From: a virus
Taxonomy: Duplodnaviria; Caudoviricetes
Length of the DNA: 26,209 nucleotides
IMG/VR virus record: IMGVR_UViG_3300048576_000562
Location: 1-26,209 of that record
Direction: 5' to 3' (one strand)
The notes under the pieces: model-generated
Database searches by the model: none
Told to the model about the DNA's origin: nothing
Seen by the model: the letters and a program-made list of their open reading frames with translations, nothing else
Program-made: the position numbers and the translations under genes
In this document: in pieces, positions 1 to 8,232 of the stretch
Position numbering within the stretch: the stretch's first letter is position 1
How the letters are laid out: each line of letters begins with the position of its first letter

Positions 1-69
1 TCATTAAAAAATAGGTTAGTGGTAAATTTTAGCACCATCCTCTTTTCCAGAAGGATAAAGGATTTTAGC

Positions 70-519
70 TTATTCCTGAAGATAATTTTTAACTTCTATT
101 AAAATTTCAGATTTTTCCTTATCTCCAAGTTTCAAATAAGGTCGAGCGGGAATTTTAACTTTTTTATTCCGACCCGCTTTCCCTCCAAATTGGTGAATAG
201 CCGCATAAACTTTGTTTGTACCCACTACGGCAGAATTATCATCGTACTTGCTAGTGATGGAAGCTGCCAGTTCTCCACGCATAGTAAGGATTTTACAAGG
301 ATAATACCCCTTCTTTTTCCTTGCAGCAATAGTTACCTCTGAAAGTTCCTGCCATTTTTCTGGTCTCCCTTCAGTATGGAAGTTACTCTCGATAGAATCC
401 AGCATAATTCCTGCAATATTTTTCATAAGCGGACGAAGATTTTCTGTTTTGGAAATTAATTTCTCCAAATACTTCTGTATTTCTTTGTCGTCAATCTTTA
501 TTTCTATCGGTTCCAGCAT
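70..519 (-). CDS. Phage virion morphogenesis protein (Mu gpG / P2 gpS tail-completion family)
   Basis: Motifs NF.TEGRP..W..LS..T, L..SI, VGTNKVYAAIHQFGG and IPARPYL are typical of this family; lies downstream of the F-like gene as in Mu. Confidence 0.9.
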   Translation of the reverse strand: MLEPIEIKIDDKEIQKYLEKLISKTENLRPLMKNIAGIMLDSIESNFHTEGRPEKWQELSEVTIAARKKKGYYPCKILTMRGELAASITSKYDDNSAVVGTNKVYAAIHQFGGKAGRNKKVKIPARPYLKLGDKEKSEILIEVKNYLQE

Positions 520-1321
520 AAAATTTCTCTCTTATCGGATAATTTGCTATCAACAGTTCCTTAAACATTTTATTTTTCCTGTTATCGCCTTGTTTATTGT
601 TAATTCCGTTTAATCTTTCAACCGGAATTATTTCATAGCCTTCATATAGCTCACGAATTTTTGGGGCATCATCATAGGACAATAAAAACCTGCCTTTTAT
701 CTGTCCCAAAGTTACCCGCAATCTTTCATGGTCAAAGCCTTTTGTACTTGTTACAGCATATCCGGCTCCGCAACTATATGGCGGGTCGCAGTAGAAAAAT
801 GCATCTTCGTGGTCATATTGCTTGATAAAAGCCTCGAAGTCCTTGTTTTCTATGAGGACTTTGTCCAGTCTTTTGTGGATTGCATCAATTCTGGGGATTA
901 CGTTTTCCTGGCTCTTGCTTGCTCCTCCCGGAGATTTTTTTGTGCATCCAAAAGTTTCTCCCCTACCGCCAAAGGAGCGTGTTATTAGGTAATAAAACTT
1001 TGCAGCTTTCTGAATGTCGGTTATACATTCCATTTTCAGGAATTGCTTAAACATTTCACGGCTTCCAAGGAGATAACTAAGCTCTTCTTTCAAGGCATTC
1101 GGATGATATTTTACTATGCGGAATAAATTTACAAGTCTTCCATCTAAGTCATTGTAAACTTCCAAGTCAGCCCATTTATCTTTATAAAAGAGTACGTACG
1201 CCCCTCCAGAAAAAACTTCAAGGTAGGATATGATATCCTTGGGAATTAGCGGTTCTATTGTTTTTCGAAGGAGCCGCTTGCCGCCGACCCAGTTGATTAG
1301 ATATTTTGTGTCAATTGTCAT
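491..1321 (-). CDS. Dam-like (D12 class, alpha) DNA adenine methyltransferase
   Basis: N-terminal WVGGK, motif I YLEVFSGGAYV, YNDLD, motif IV YCDPPY, LSYDD and ELLIANY; RBS GGAGG lies in the end of the F gene. Confidence 0.92.
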   Translation of the reverse strand: MTIDTKYLINWVGGKRLLRKTIEPLIPKDIISYLEVFSGGAYVLFYKDKWADLEVYNDLDGRLVNLFRIVKYHPNALKEELSYLLGSREMFKQFLKMECITDIQKAAKFYYLITRSFGGRGETFGCTKKSPGGASKSQENVIPRIDAIHKRLDKVLIENKDFEAFIKQYDHEDAFFYCDPPYSCGAGYAVTSTKGFDHERLRVTLGQIKGRFLLSYDDAPKIRELYEGYEIIPVERLNGINNKQGDNRKNKMFKELLIANYPIREKFYAGTDRNKD

Positions 1322-2147
1322 TGTTCTGCCTCCAACTTTTTAAATTTCCGGGGTTGTAGCTCCAACCTGCATCCGGTGATATTTTATGACCTGTTAGTGA
1401 ATCTGTATAAACTGCAACAGGTTTTTCTTCACCTGTTTTTTTCGATATAACTCTCATTTCTTCTGATAGATGCCCTTTTGAAGAATCAACATCAAGTTTT
1501 CTGTCTGATAAGTTCTCATCAGATAATGCCCTGACCCTGCACCTGCATCCCCAGCCGTTGGGTGGATAAAATGAATTCCAAAAATCATCGTCATACCTGA
1601 ATACCCTGCCGTTTAGCATTGCGTGAGATGGTCTTGTTCTTCTATCCATAACCGCCACATACTGAAAATACGGACGATTCTCCACGTTATCAATCTGCTC
1701 TTTGTACCTGCCAGCCATATATGAAGTCTGGATATTTGTCCTGTAGATGTTTTTTAACCGCCACGGAGTACCTAATTTAATAGTTACAGTTTCTTCATCA
1801 TCAGGGACAAGGCTGGCATCTTTTATCAGCTTGCGTTTTAAAAGTTCTGCTTTGACTTCTTCAGGAGTACCTGAAATAATTCCCCACCAGCCCTTTGCCT
1901 GAAGTTTGGGTTCAAGCTGCTTTTTGAACTGCTGCAAGGTAAGTCCTTCATCCAGAGATTTCTGGACTATTTCCCTGATGTCATCAAGGATGTCTTTGTG
2001 CATAACCTTTGCAACAGTGAATGACCTTGTATGAGCGTCCTGCCAAACTTCATGCCAGTCCCAGCTAAACTTAAAACCTTTAGATTTAAGATATTTAATC
2101 GCTTGCTCCGGCTGTAAAGTTATCATATATTTCAAGTCAGGCTGCAT
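1311..2147 (-). CDS. Mu gpF / SPP1 gp7-like minor head morphogenesis protein
   Basis: RLKNIYRTNIQTSYMAGRY, YVAVMDRRTRPSH, YPPNGWGCRCRV and PDAGWSYNPG. Start moved from ORF-track 2174 to the ATG at 2147 (MQPDLKY), which has a GAGG RBS and overlaps the upstream methyltransferase stop. Confidence 0.9.
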   Translation of the reverse strand: MQPDLKYMITLQPEQAIKYLKSKGFKFSWDWHEVWQDAHTRSFTVAKVMHKDILDDIREIVQKSLDEGLTLQQFKKQLEPKLQAKGWWGIISGTPEEVKAELLKRKLIKDASLVPDDEETVTIKLGTPWRLKNIYRTNIQTSYMAGRYKEQIDNVENRPYFQYVAVMDRRTRPSHAMLNGRVFRYDDDFWNSFYPPNGWGCRCRVRALSDENLSDRKLDVDSSKGHLSEEMRVISKKTGEEKPVAVYTDSLTGHKISPDAGWSYNPGNLKSWRQNNDN

Positions 2148-3099
2148 TAATTCTATCCTCTGCCATTTGTGCATATTCAGGATTTAATTCAATACCCAGC
2201 CAGTTACGGTTTAATTTTTTAGCAACAAGTCCGGTTGTTCCTGAACCCATAAACGGATCAAGAACTGTGCCACCTTCCGGGCAACCTGCTTTTATTGGGG
2301 TTTCAATTAATTTTGGAGGATATACAGCAAAATGTGCCCCGCTAAAATTCGTTGTGGAAATATTCCACACAGCACGTTTGTTTTTGCCTGCCAGCTTGCC
2401 TGATAAAATTTTCTGCTCAAGTTTTTCAAAATTTTCCTTACTTAAACCCTGATAATGCGAGCCTTTGTTATCATTACAGCCGGTTTTACAGCGTTTTATT
2501 GTGGATTCTTTAAATGGTTCAATCTGCTGTTCAAAATAGTATCTGCGTTTTTTTACAAAGAAAAAGAAGTATTCAAAATCAACAGTAAACCTGTCTTTCA
2601 CGCTCTGTGGTGTGCAGTTTGGCTTTTGCCAAATGATTACGTTTCTTAAAATCCAACCACGGTTTACCATTTCAGTTGCAAACCTGAAAGGAATTAATAG
2701 TAAACTCTTGTCATATTTGCCTCTTGCGTGGGCAACTTTTGGCATATAACTTAAATCATCCGGCAGAAATGAGTTTTTACCTTTGCTGTGACCAGCGTAG
2801 CTTAACCCTAAACAACTCCCCCCGTAAGTGTCTCCAATATTCACCCAGCATGTGCCGGAATCTTTAAGCACCCTTTTGACTTCATCAAAGATGTCACAGA
2901 GGTGTTCAATATACTGGTTAAAATCAGGTTCCTGCCCAAGTTCACCCTGCCAACCATCATTCCAGAGAACTGGATGTGTCCCGTAATCTCTTAATCCCCA
3001 ATAAGGCGGAGATGTTACAACGCAATCTACAGTTTCATTTGGAAGTTTTCTTAAAGAGTTTAAGCTGTCTCCAACTATCATTTTGTTAATCGTTTCCAT
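2137..3099 (-). CDS. N4-cytosine/N6-adenine DNA methyltransferase (beta class, N6_N4_Mtase family)
   Basis: Motif IV VTSPPYW near the N-terminus; H.AVYP, motif I LDPFMGSGTT and GIELNPEY near the C-terminus. Confidence 0.92.
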   Translation of the reverse strand: METINKMIVGDSLNSLRKLPNETVDCVVTSPPYWGLRDYGTHPVLWNDGWQGELGQEPDFNQYIEHLCDIFDEVKRVLKDSGTCWVNIGDTYGGSCLGLSYAGHSKGKNSFLPDDLSYMPKVAHARGKYDKSLLLIPFRFATEMVNRGWILRNVIIWQKPNCTPQSVKDRFTVDFEYFFFFVKKRRYYFEQQIEPFKESTIKRCKTGCNDNKGSHYQGLSKENFEKLEQKILSGKLAGKNKRAVWNISTTNFSGAHFAVYPPKLIETPIKAGCPEGGTVLDPFMGSGTTGLVAKKLNRNWLGIELNPEYAQMAEDRINAA

Positions 3100-4591
3100 T
3101 CAAATGCCCCCAAATTTCTGATATAAATATCACTTTTTGTAATACCTTTTCGATTTGGTCTGTTTTTAAGCCCTGCCCTGAAAGTTTTTCCTGAATTTCT
3201 TCATAGGAACTAGCCCTGTTTACAAGCTCAAACACAGAGCCGAATACTGCTTTTGCTTGCTCTTGAAGTTCGTCAGCAGAGAATGAATCTATAAAATTGT
3301 CTATTGTTTGTTGGTCTGGGAATACTGCTTGTGTTTCCTTAAACTCCCTGAAGGAATTTTCGGGTTTTAAATTATTCTTATTCTTTGGACTACCTTGCTT
3401 TTCTGTATCTGAAACCTCTATATCCTCTTCATCAAAGCCGTATGTTTTCATCAAATATTTTTTTGTAAACTTAACTCCTGCATCAGCAAGAATTTTGTCC
3501 CTCTGTGCAAGGGTTAAATCGACATCTTCCTCTTCATACATAGTAAATACAGGAATATCACTCTGCCCTGCAAAATTAAGTTCGTAAATCCATTGAATTA
3601 ACTGATTTAGAGTTCTTTCAACTATCCTTTTATCAGCATCAGTTATTTCTTTTTTAACTTCCATGTGTATTTTGGAAGCTGCAAAACTACCCTTGTTATT
3701 GATTTCAGTCGTTAAAGTCTGACCCAGAATAGCTTTTGATATTTCAGCATTCATTTTGTCTATGAGACCTTCATAAGCTTCTGAAGATGAAGTTTTGGCA
3801 GCTTCCTGAATTTCAACTGATGAATCATCGGGAATAACAGCAACAGCATCATGAACCATTGCTTCAAGCATATTTAAAAGGTTTTTGTTTTCGCTCTTGT
3901 CAGTTCCACGGGGATGCTTTGCAACTAAAAATGGCATTCCGTATTTTTCTATAAATTTTATCCAGAACCTTTGCCCGTTTCTTTTCATGGTCACGTTCCA
4001 GAATATTCTGGACATGGTTCTTTCACCGTACGGATTTTCATAAGTGGGTTCATACTGCGCACAAAGAAATTTTCTTGGAGGAAGCAATTCTCCGTTATAA
4101 TTTTCTTTTGTTCTAAATTTCAGGTTATTGTTATTATCAAAAACGAACCACTCAGGAGGTTTTGCTTTTACGGCTGATGGCAAGGTATAAGAACCATTGG
4201 ACTGCCAGATAACTTCAAGTGGCTGGAATCCGAATAAAACAGCGTTAAGAATCTCAGAAATTATGGTGTTCAGATCAAGGCTTTTAAAAAGATTTTCAAT
4301 GATCTGAGCTTGTTTTGATTTGGCTTTGCCCCTGTCAATTTCCCACAAAAGAGAGAGGACGCCTGATTTTCTTGACTGCACACAAGCCCATACATGAGGG
4401 TCTGACAGAAATTCTTTGTAAACCTTAAAGTCTTTTCCCTGTTTCCTTAATACAGGGTCTGGATCGGGAAGATTTTGCAGTATGGAATAAAAATCAATAG
4501 AGCGGTTCCTGACAGCAATTTCATCACTGAGTTTGGTTTTTGCCTCATTGAAAAGCACATATTCACGTTCATTAATCCATAATTTTTTCAT
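3086..4591 (-). CDS. Portal protein (Mu gp29 / DUF935 family)
   Basis: LPDPDPVLRK, NPYGE, FIEKYGMP, EISKAILGQTLTTE, GSFAASKIH and C-terminal IWG.LN; follows the large terminase. Confidence 0.92.
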   Translation of the reverse strand: MKKLWINEREYVLFNEAKTKLSDEIAVRNRSIDFYSILQNLPDPDPVLRKQGKDFKVYKEFLSDPHVWACVQSRKSGVLSLLWEIDRGKAKSKQAQIIENLFKSLDLNTIISEILNAVLFGFQPLEVIWQSNGSYTLPSAVKAKPPEWFVFDNNNNLKFRTKENYNGELLPPRKFLCAQYEPTYENPYGERTMSRIFWNVTMKRNGQRFWIKFIEKYGMPFLVAKHPRGTDKSENKNLLNMLEAMVHDAVAVIPDDSSVEIQEAAKTSSSEAYEGLIDKMNAEISKAILGQTLTTEINNKGSFAASKIHMEVKKEITDADKRIVERTLNQLIQWIYELNFAGQSDIPVFTMYEEEDVDLTLAQRDKILADAGVKFTKKYLMKTYGFDEEDIEVSDTEKQGSPKNKNNLKPENSFREFKETQAVFPDQQTIDNFIDSFSADELQEQAKAVFGSVFELVNRASSYEEIQEKLSGQGLKTDQIEKVLQKVIFISEIWGHLNGND

Positions 4592-4643
4592 TGCAAAATT
4601 TCCCTTTTTAAAGGTTAAAAGTGTTTTTTATGTTTTTTGGAGA

Positions 4644-6032
4644 TTACACCATGTCGTCCCAGTCAATGTCCTCATCGCACATACCCCTGACAATATCGTC
4701 AGCTTCATAAGGACAACCTGTTTCAATTTCAAATGGTTCATCGTTATCGTCAGGGACTGCATGAAGAGCAAGAGCTAATGCCCAGAATCTGTCTGCATGT
4801 CCCGTAAGAGCTGATCTCTCAGCATCAAACCTGATATTTCCTGCTTTAGTAGTAAGTCGTTGTACGGAGTGGAGGTCTTCCCTGATTTCTGGCTTTGAAG
4901 GAATATACACAGTTTTATTTTCAAAGTGTGTTCTAAGTCCATAAGCAAGATCCTCCTTAAGCGGATTGGTAAATTTTAAACCTTCAACTCTGTATTTGCC
5001 GAATTTTAGCTCTGCTCTTTCTGCAAATTGTCCTCCCTGACCTGTTGCATCAATACAGCAGCGTCTGAATTTAGGATGTTTTAAAATTTCATATAATTGG
5101 TATTCCTGATGCTGGTAAAGGGTATCACGAAGCGGGATGACCAATCTTGTATAATTAACTTTGCCGAGTTTTTCCAATACCCAGATAACTGAAAAATCTT
5201 CCACCCTAGCAATATCCATTCCTACATAAAGATATCCTTTAATGTTTTCAAGAGATTGCTTGATGTCATCAGCTTCACAAGGCACTATAAGGTCATAAGG
5301 AAGAAATGCGGATGTTTCATCAACAGCAATGCAACAATATTCCTGTAGCCAAGTATACTTATTAACGCAGTTTTTTTCCTGTCTCTGGAGCCATTCCTGT
5401 CTTTCTTCTTCTGTTGCTTCCTTTCTGGATATTTTATCAACAAGTCCTTCTGCAACAGCAAGCTGTATAGGTGTAGTGTGCAAGCTCCAATCCAGTTTTT
5501 TGCCTTTGATATCTTCAATAAACTTGTAAAATTGGCAGTTTTGACCGTTATGTGTGGATAAAATCCTTGTAGAATCCCCCCACATTGTGCAGGGATTAGC
5601 TGCTGACCATAATTCCTCTGCGTTATTATGATGTGCAAATTCATCAAGTATAACTTTGCCGCCTTTACTCCTGAACCTTTTTGGGTTTGAACTCAATGCG
5701 CTAATTTTTGTTCCGTTGGCAAATTCGATAACATAGGCTTTAACATCGTTCTCCGAATCAATTACAACACGTCCTATCGATTTTGCCGTTGTGTCAAAAA
5801 GTTCAACCCATTTTTCACAATACTCGATATATTCTCGTGCGGCGGATTCATCTGCTGATGAAAACCAGACTTCTTCAACGGCTTTAGTTACGCAATCCTT
5901 TACATCCTCATAGCTCTGGACATAAGTTGCACCGATTCTTCTTGATTTCTCCCAAATTTTGTATTTGGAATTATCCAGCAGCCATCTTTGCTGGTACGGA
6001 AGAAAATAGTCGTCTAAATTAATGTTTTTCAT
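4644..6032 (-). CDS. Terminase large subunit (Mu gp28-like)
   Basis: Adenine-binding FLPYQQRW, Walker A EKSRRIGAT, Walker B VILDEFA, nuclease GMDIAR..D, IDATGQG and HADRFWALALA. Confidence 0.93.
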   Translation of the reverse strand: MKNINLDDYFLPYQQRWLLDNSKYKIWEKSRRIGATYVQSYEDVKDCVTKAVEEVWFSSADESAAREYIEYCEKWVELFDTTAKSIGRVVIDSENDVKAYVIEFANGTKISALSSNPKRFRSKGGKVILDEFAHHNNAEELWSAANPCTMWGDSTRILSTHNGQNCQFYKFIEDIKGKKLDWSLHTTPIQLAVAEGLVDKISRKEATEEERQEWLQRQEKNCVNKYTWLQEYCCIAVDETSAFLPYDLIVPCEADDIKQSLENIKGYLYVGMDIARVEDFSVIWVLEKLGKVNYTRLVIPLRDTLYQHQEYQLYEILKHPKFRRCCIDATGQGGQFAERAELKFGKYRVEGLKFTNPLKEDLAYGLRTHFENKTVYIPSKPEIREDLHSVQRLTTKAGNIRFDAERSALTGHADRFWALALALHAVPDDNDEPFEIETGCPYEADDIVRGMCDEDIDWDDMV

Positions 6033-6447
6033 GTCGTCTTATCCCCAAAACTTTTTCTTCTAACTCTTTAATAGTTTCAGGAGGAATAGTTGTCCTGTTT
6101 TCCGAAACTTCTTTTTTCATTGCTGTATCTTCGTATTGTTTAAGTTTTGCCATCATCGGAACGAGCTTGGAGAGGAAATGCAATCTTGGCGCATCTATTT
6201 TTTCCCCTTTTTCACTGTCTTCCATTAAATTTTTCAGTAAACTTTTGGCAAATTTATACATATCTCCGTGAACGCTTTGTTGGGATTCAATATATTCCCT
6301 CTTTTTTTCCTCCCAGTTATTATCTTTTTTCCAGTAAGAGAGGACTCTTTGGGAAACTTTTAATTTTGATGCTATTTCCCTTAACGAAAGAAGTTCAGTT
6401 ACATAAAGCCTTTCAGCTTCCTCATAATATATTTGCTTTTTACTCAA
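6019..6447 (-). CDS. Putative terminase small subunit (DUF1804-like HTH), copy B
   Basis: HTH-like SLREIASKLKVSQRVLSYWKK...W; directly upstream of and overlapping the large terminase. TTG start at 6447, preceded by GGAGG, is preferred over ORF-track 6504. Confidence 0.72.
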   Translation of the reverse strand: MSKKQIYYEEAERLYVTELLSLREIASKLKVSQRVLSYWKKDNNWEEKKREYIESQQSVHGDMYKFAKSLLKNLMEDSEKGEKIDAPRLHFLSKLVPMMAKLKQYEDTAMKKEVSENRTTIPPETIKELEEKVLGIRRHEKH

Positions 6448-6464
6448 GATTTGCCTCCGGATCT

Positions 6465-6782
6465 TTAAATTTTTGTATTTTCTATGGATAAATGGCACAG
6501 ACAAAGAAGTATGAGCATTTTTACATCGTCAACTTTCTTTTCATCGTTAAAGTCTTTTATCATCGAATCCAGTAATCTGATTCCAAATTTATAAATATCT
6601 GTCTGGGAGATTGGCTTCATAGATAAATAATCTTTTCTCTTTTGCTCCCAATTTTGTTCTTTTTTCCAAAGGTAAAGAGTTTTTGTGCTGACAGGTATTT
6701 TTGAAGTGATTTCTTTTAATGTCATTTGCTTGGTTACAAACATTTTTTCTGCTTCGTAAAAATGCAGATGTTTTTTGCTCAA
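6465..6782 (-). CDS. Paralogue of the putative small terminase (DUF1804-like HTH), copy A, shorter C-terminus
   Basis: 22 of the first 45 aa are identical to copy B by manual alignment; TTG start at 6782 preceded by GGAGG (ORF track starts at 6836). Confidence 0.7.
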   Translation of the reverse strand: MSKKHLHFYEAEKMFVTKQMTLKEITSKIPVSTKTLYLWKKEQNWEQKRKDYLSMKPISQTDIYKFGIRLLDSMIKDFNDEKKVDDVKMLILLCLCHLSIENTKI

Positions 6783-6959
6783 AATATGCCTCCGATAATA
6801 TTTATTAATGTCTAACTCGGTGATTTTGCACTGCAATTAGAGCTTTTATAAGCTCGTTTTTTGTAAATTCTTTAATTTACAAGCTTTTATAAACTTTTAA
6901 ATTCTAAAAAGATACAATATCCGTGCATCTGCACGAATTACTTGTTTCATTTTTTTCAC

Positions 6960-7029
6960 TGTAACATCTTTTTTGGTTGCATTTCTAGTATAAAATCATA
7001 CTGGAATTGCAACCAAAAACACTGTTACA
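6960..7029. promoter_or_regulatory. 70-bp imperfect palindrome, probably symmetric divergent late promoters with two activator-binding dyads
   Basis: Arms 6960-6991 and 6998-7029 pair at 27/32 positions. Each arm holds a dyad TGYAAC-N10-GTTRCA, and -10-like hexamers (CATACT on +, TATACT on -) lie at the centre. Confidence 0.7.
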
Positions 7030-7141
7030 ATCCATTTATAAAGTTTCAAAACACAGCAATTACAAACAGAGCCTTAATTTAAGGGGGATTCTTCATGTGC
7101 AATTTAAGTAAACAAAATAAAAACTATATAAAGGAGAACAA

Positions 7142-8146
7142 ATGAAATATTTTGAAGTTTTTAGGGCAGGAAATTACCCGCAGGGAGCATTCTCCAAAGA
7201 TGATGTTGGAGCACTTGCTTCTAATTATGATCCGGCATTTTGTGAAGCACCGATTACACTTGACCATGAACAAAAGGGACCTGCTTACGGGTGGGTGGAA
7301 AAATTAATGTCAGAAAACGGTGTATTAAAAGCCTGTTTCAGAGATGTATCCCCAGAATTAAAAGAACTTGTCCAGAGCGGCAAATACAAAAAAATCTCTG
7401 TTGAAATTTACAGGGAGCTTGAAGGCAGGGTACCGTATTTAAAATCCATTTCATTCCTTGGTGCAGGTATTCCGCAGGTTAAAGGAATGGAACCTGTAGA
7501 ATTCAGGGATGGCGAGTCAGAAACTTACATTTTTAACATTGAAGAGTTTGCTGATACTCAAGAAACCGCCCCTGAAGCTACAGTAAGTGAAGAATTTGCA
7601 AAACTTCAAAACCAGATTTCAGAACTTGAAAACCAGATTGCTCTTTTTGCTGACAAACCTGCAAAAAATGAATACAGCGAACTCGTTGCAAAGCTTCAGG
7701 AAAAAGTACAAAACATGTTCGCACAGATTATTAAAATGAAGGACGAATCAGTTTTGAGGCAAAAAGCTGAACAGGAATTAACAAAATTAAAACAGCAATT
7801 GAGGGAAAAAGAACTTGAGCAGTTTGTGGATGAACAGATTGCATCAGGACATCTTTCGCAGGTACAAAAAGAACCAATTATAAGAATATTTGTGGCTCTT
7901 GATAATGTGAAAAGATTTGATGAGTCGGACTATGTGGAAGAATTTAAGGAATTTATTAAAACTTCCCCTGTACAGTTTGGCACATCAGAAGTAGTCACCA
8001 AAGACAAAAAAACAAATGTTGAAACGGAATTTGATGAATTTTCCAACGCAAGCGAAGAAAGTATGGCTATTTACAATGAGGCAAAACAACTTTCCGAAAG
8101 AGACAAAATCTCTTTCAAAGATGCTCTCTTGAAATTATACAAATAG
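7142..8146 (+). CDS. Prohead protease/scaffold protein (Mu gpI-like)
   Basis: APITLDH...GPAYGWV, GKYKKISVEI and LKSISFLGA..PQVKGM protease domain followed by an acidic coiled-coil scaffold; RBS AAGGAG. Confidence 0.85.
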   Translation: MKYFEVFRAGNYPQGAFSKDDVGALASNYDPAFCEAPITLDHEQKGPAYGWVEKLMSENGVLKACFRDVSPELKELVQSGKYKKISVEIYRELEGRVPYLKSISFLGAGIPQVKGMEPVEFRDGESETYIFNIEEFADTQETAPEATVSEEFAKLQNQISELENQIALFADKPAKNEYSELVAKLQEKVQNMFAQIIKMKDESVLRQKAEQELTKLKQQLREKELEQFVDEQIASGHLSQVQKEPIIRIFVALDNVKRFDESDYVEEFKEFIKTSPVQFGTSEVVTKDKKTNVETEFDEFSNASEESMAIYNEAKQLSERDKISFKDALLKLYK

Positions 8147-8153
8147 AAAAATG

Positions 8154-8186
8154 GGAAGCAGCAGGGGCAAGAATGCCCCTCCTTCC
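8154..8186. other. GC-rich intergenic stem-loop between protease and capsid genes
   Basis: AGGGGCA-AGAA-TGCCCCT with outer GGAAG/CTTCC pairing; no U-tract on the + strand. Confidence 0.45.
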
Positions 8187-8232
8187 AAAACACAGAGAAT
8201 TTAAAACTTGGAATACAAAATAGGAGTTAAAC

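Noticed and set aside
491-3099. Complete restriction-modification system
   Set aside because: No restriction endonuclease or specificity subunit is adjacent; both methyltransferases appear to be orphans.
728-6491. Plus-strand and alternate-frame ORFs inside the leftward operon (728, 2267, 2455, 3297, 3971, 4533, 5285, 5329, 6147)
   Set aside because: They overlap well-supported genes, lack convincing RBSs and motifs, and have shadow-ORF composition.
6960-7029. NtcA/CRP/Ogr binding-site match for the dyads
   Set aside because: Spacing does not fit GTA-N8-TAC, TGTGA-N6-TCACA or TGT-N12-ACA.
7480-8146. Internal in-frame start for a separate scaffold protein (Mu Z-like)
   Set aside because: Plausible by analogy with Mu I/Z, but I found no start codon with a properly spaced RBS.
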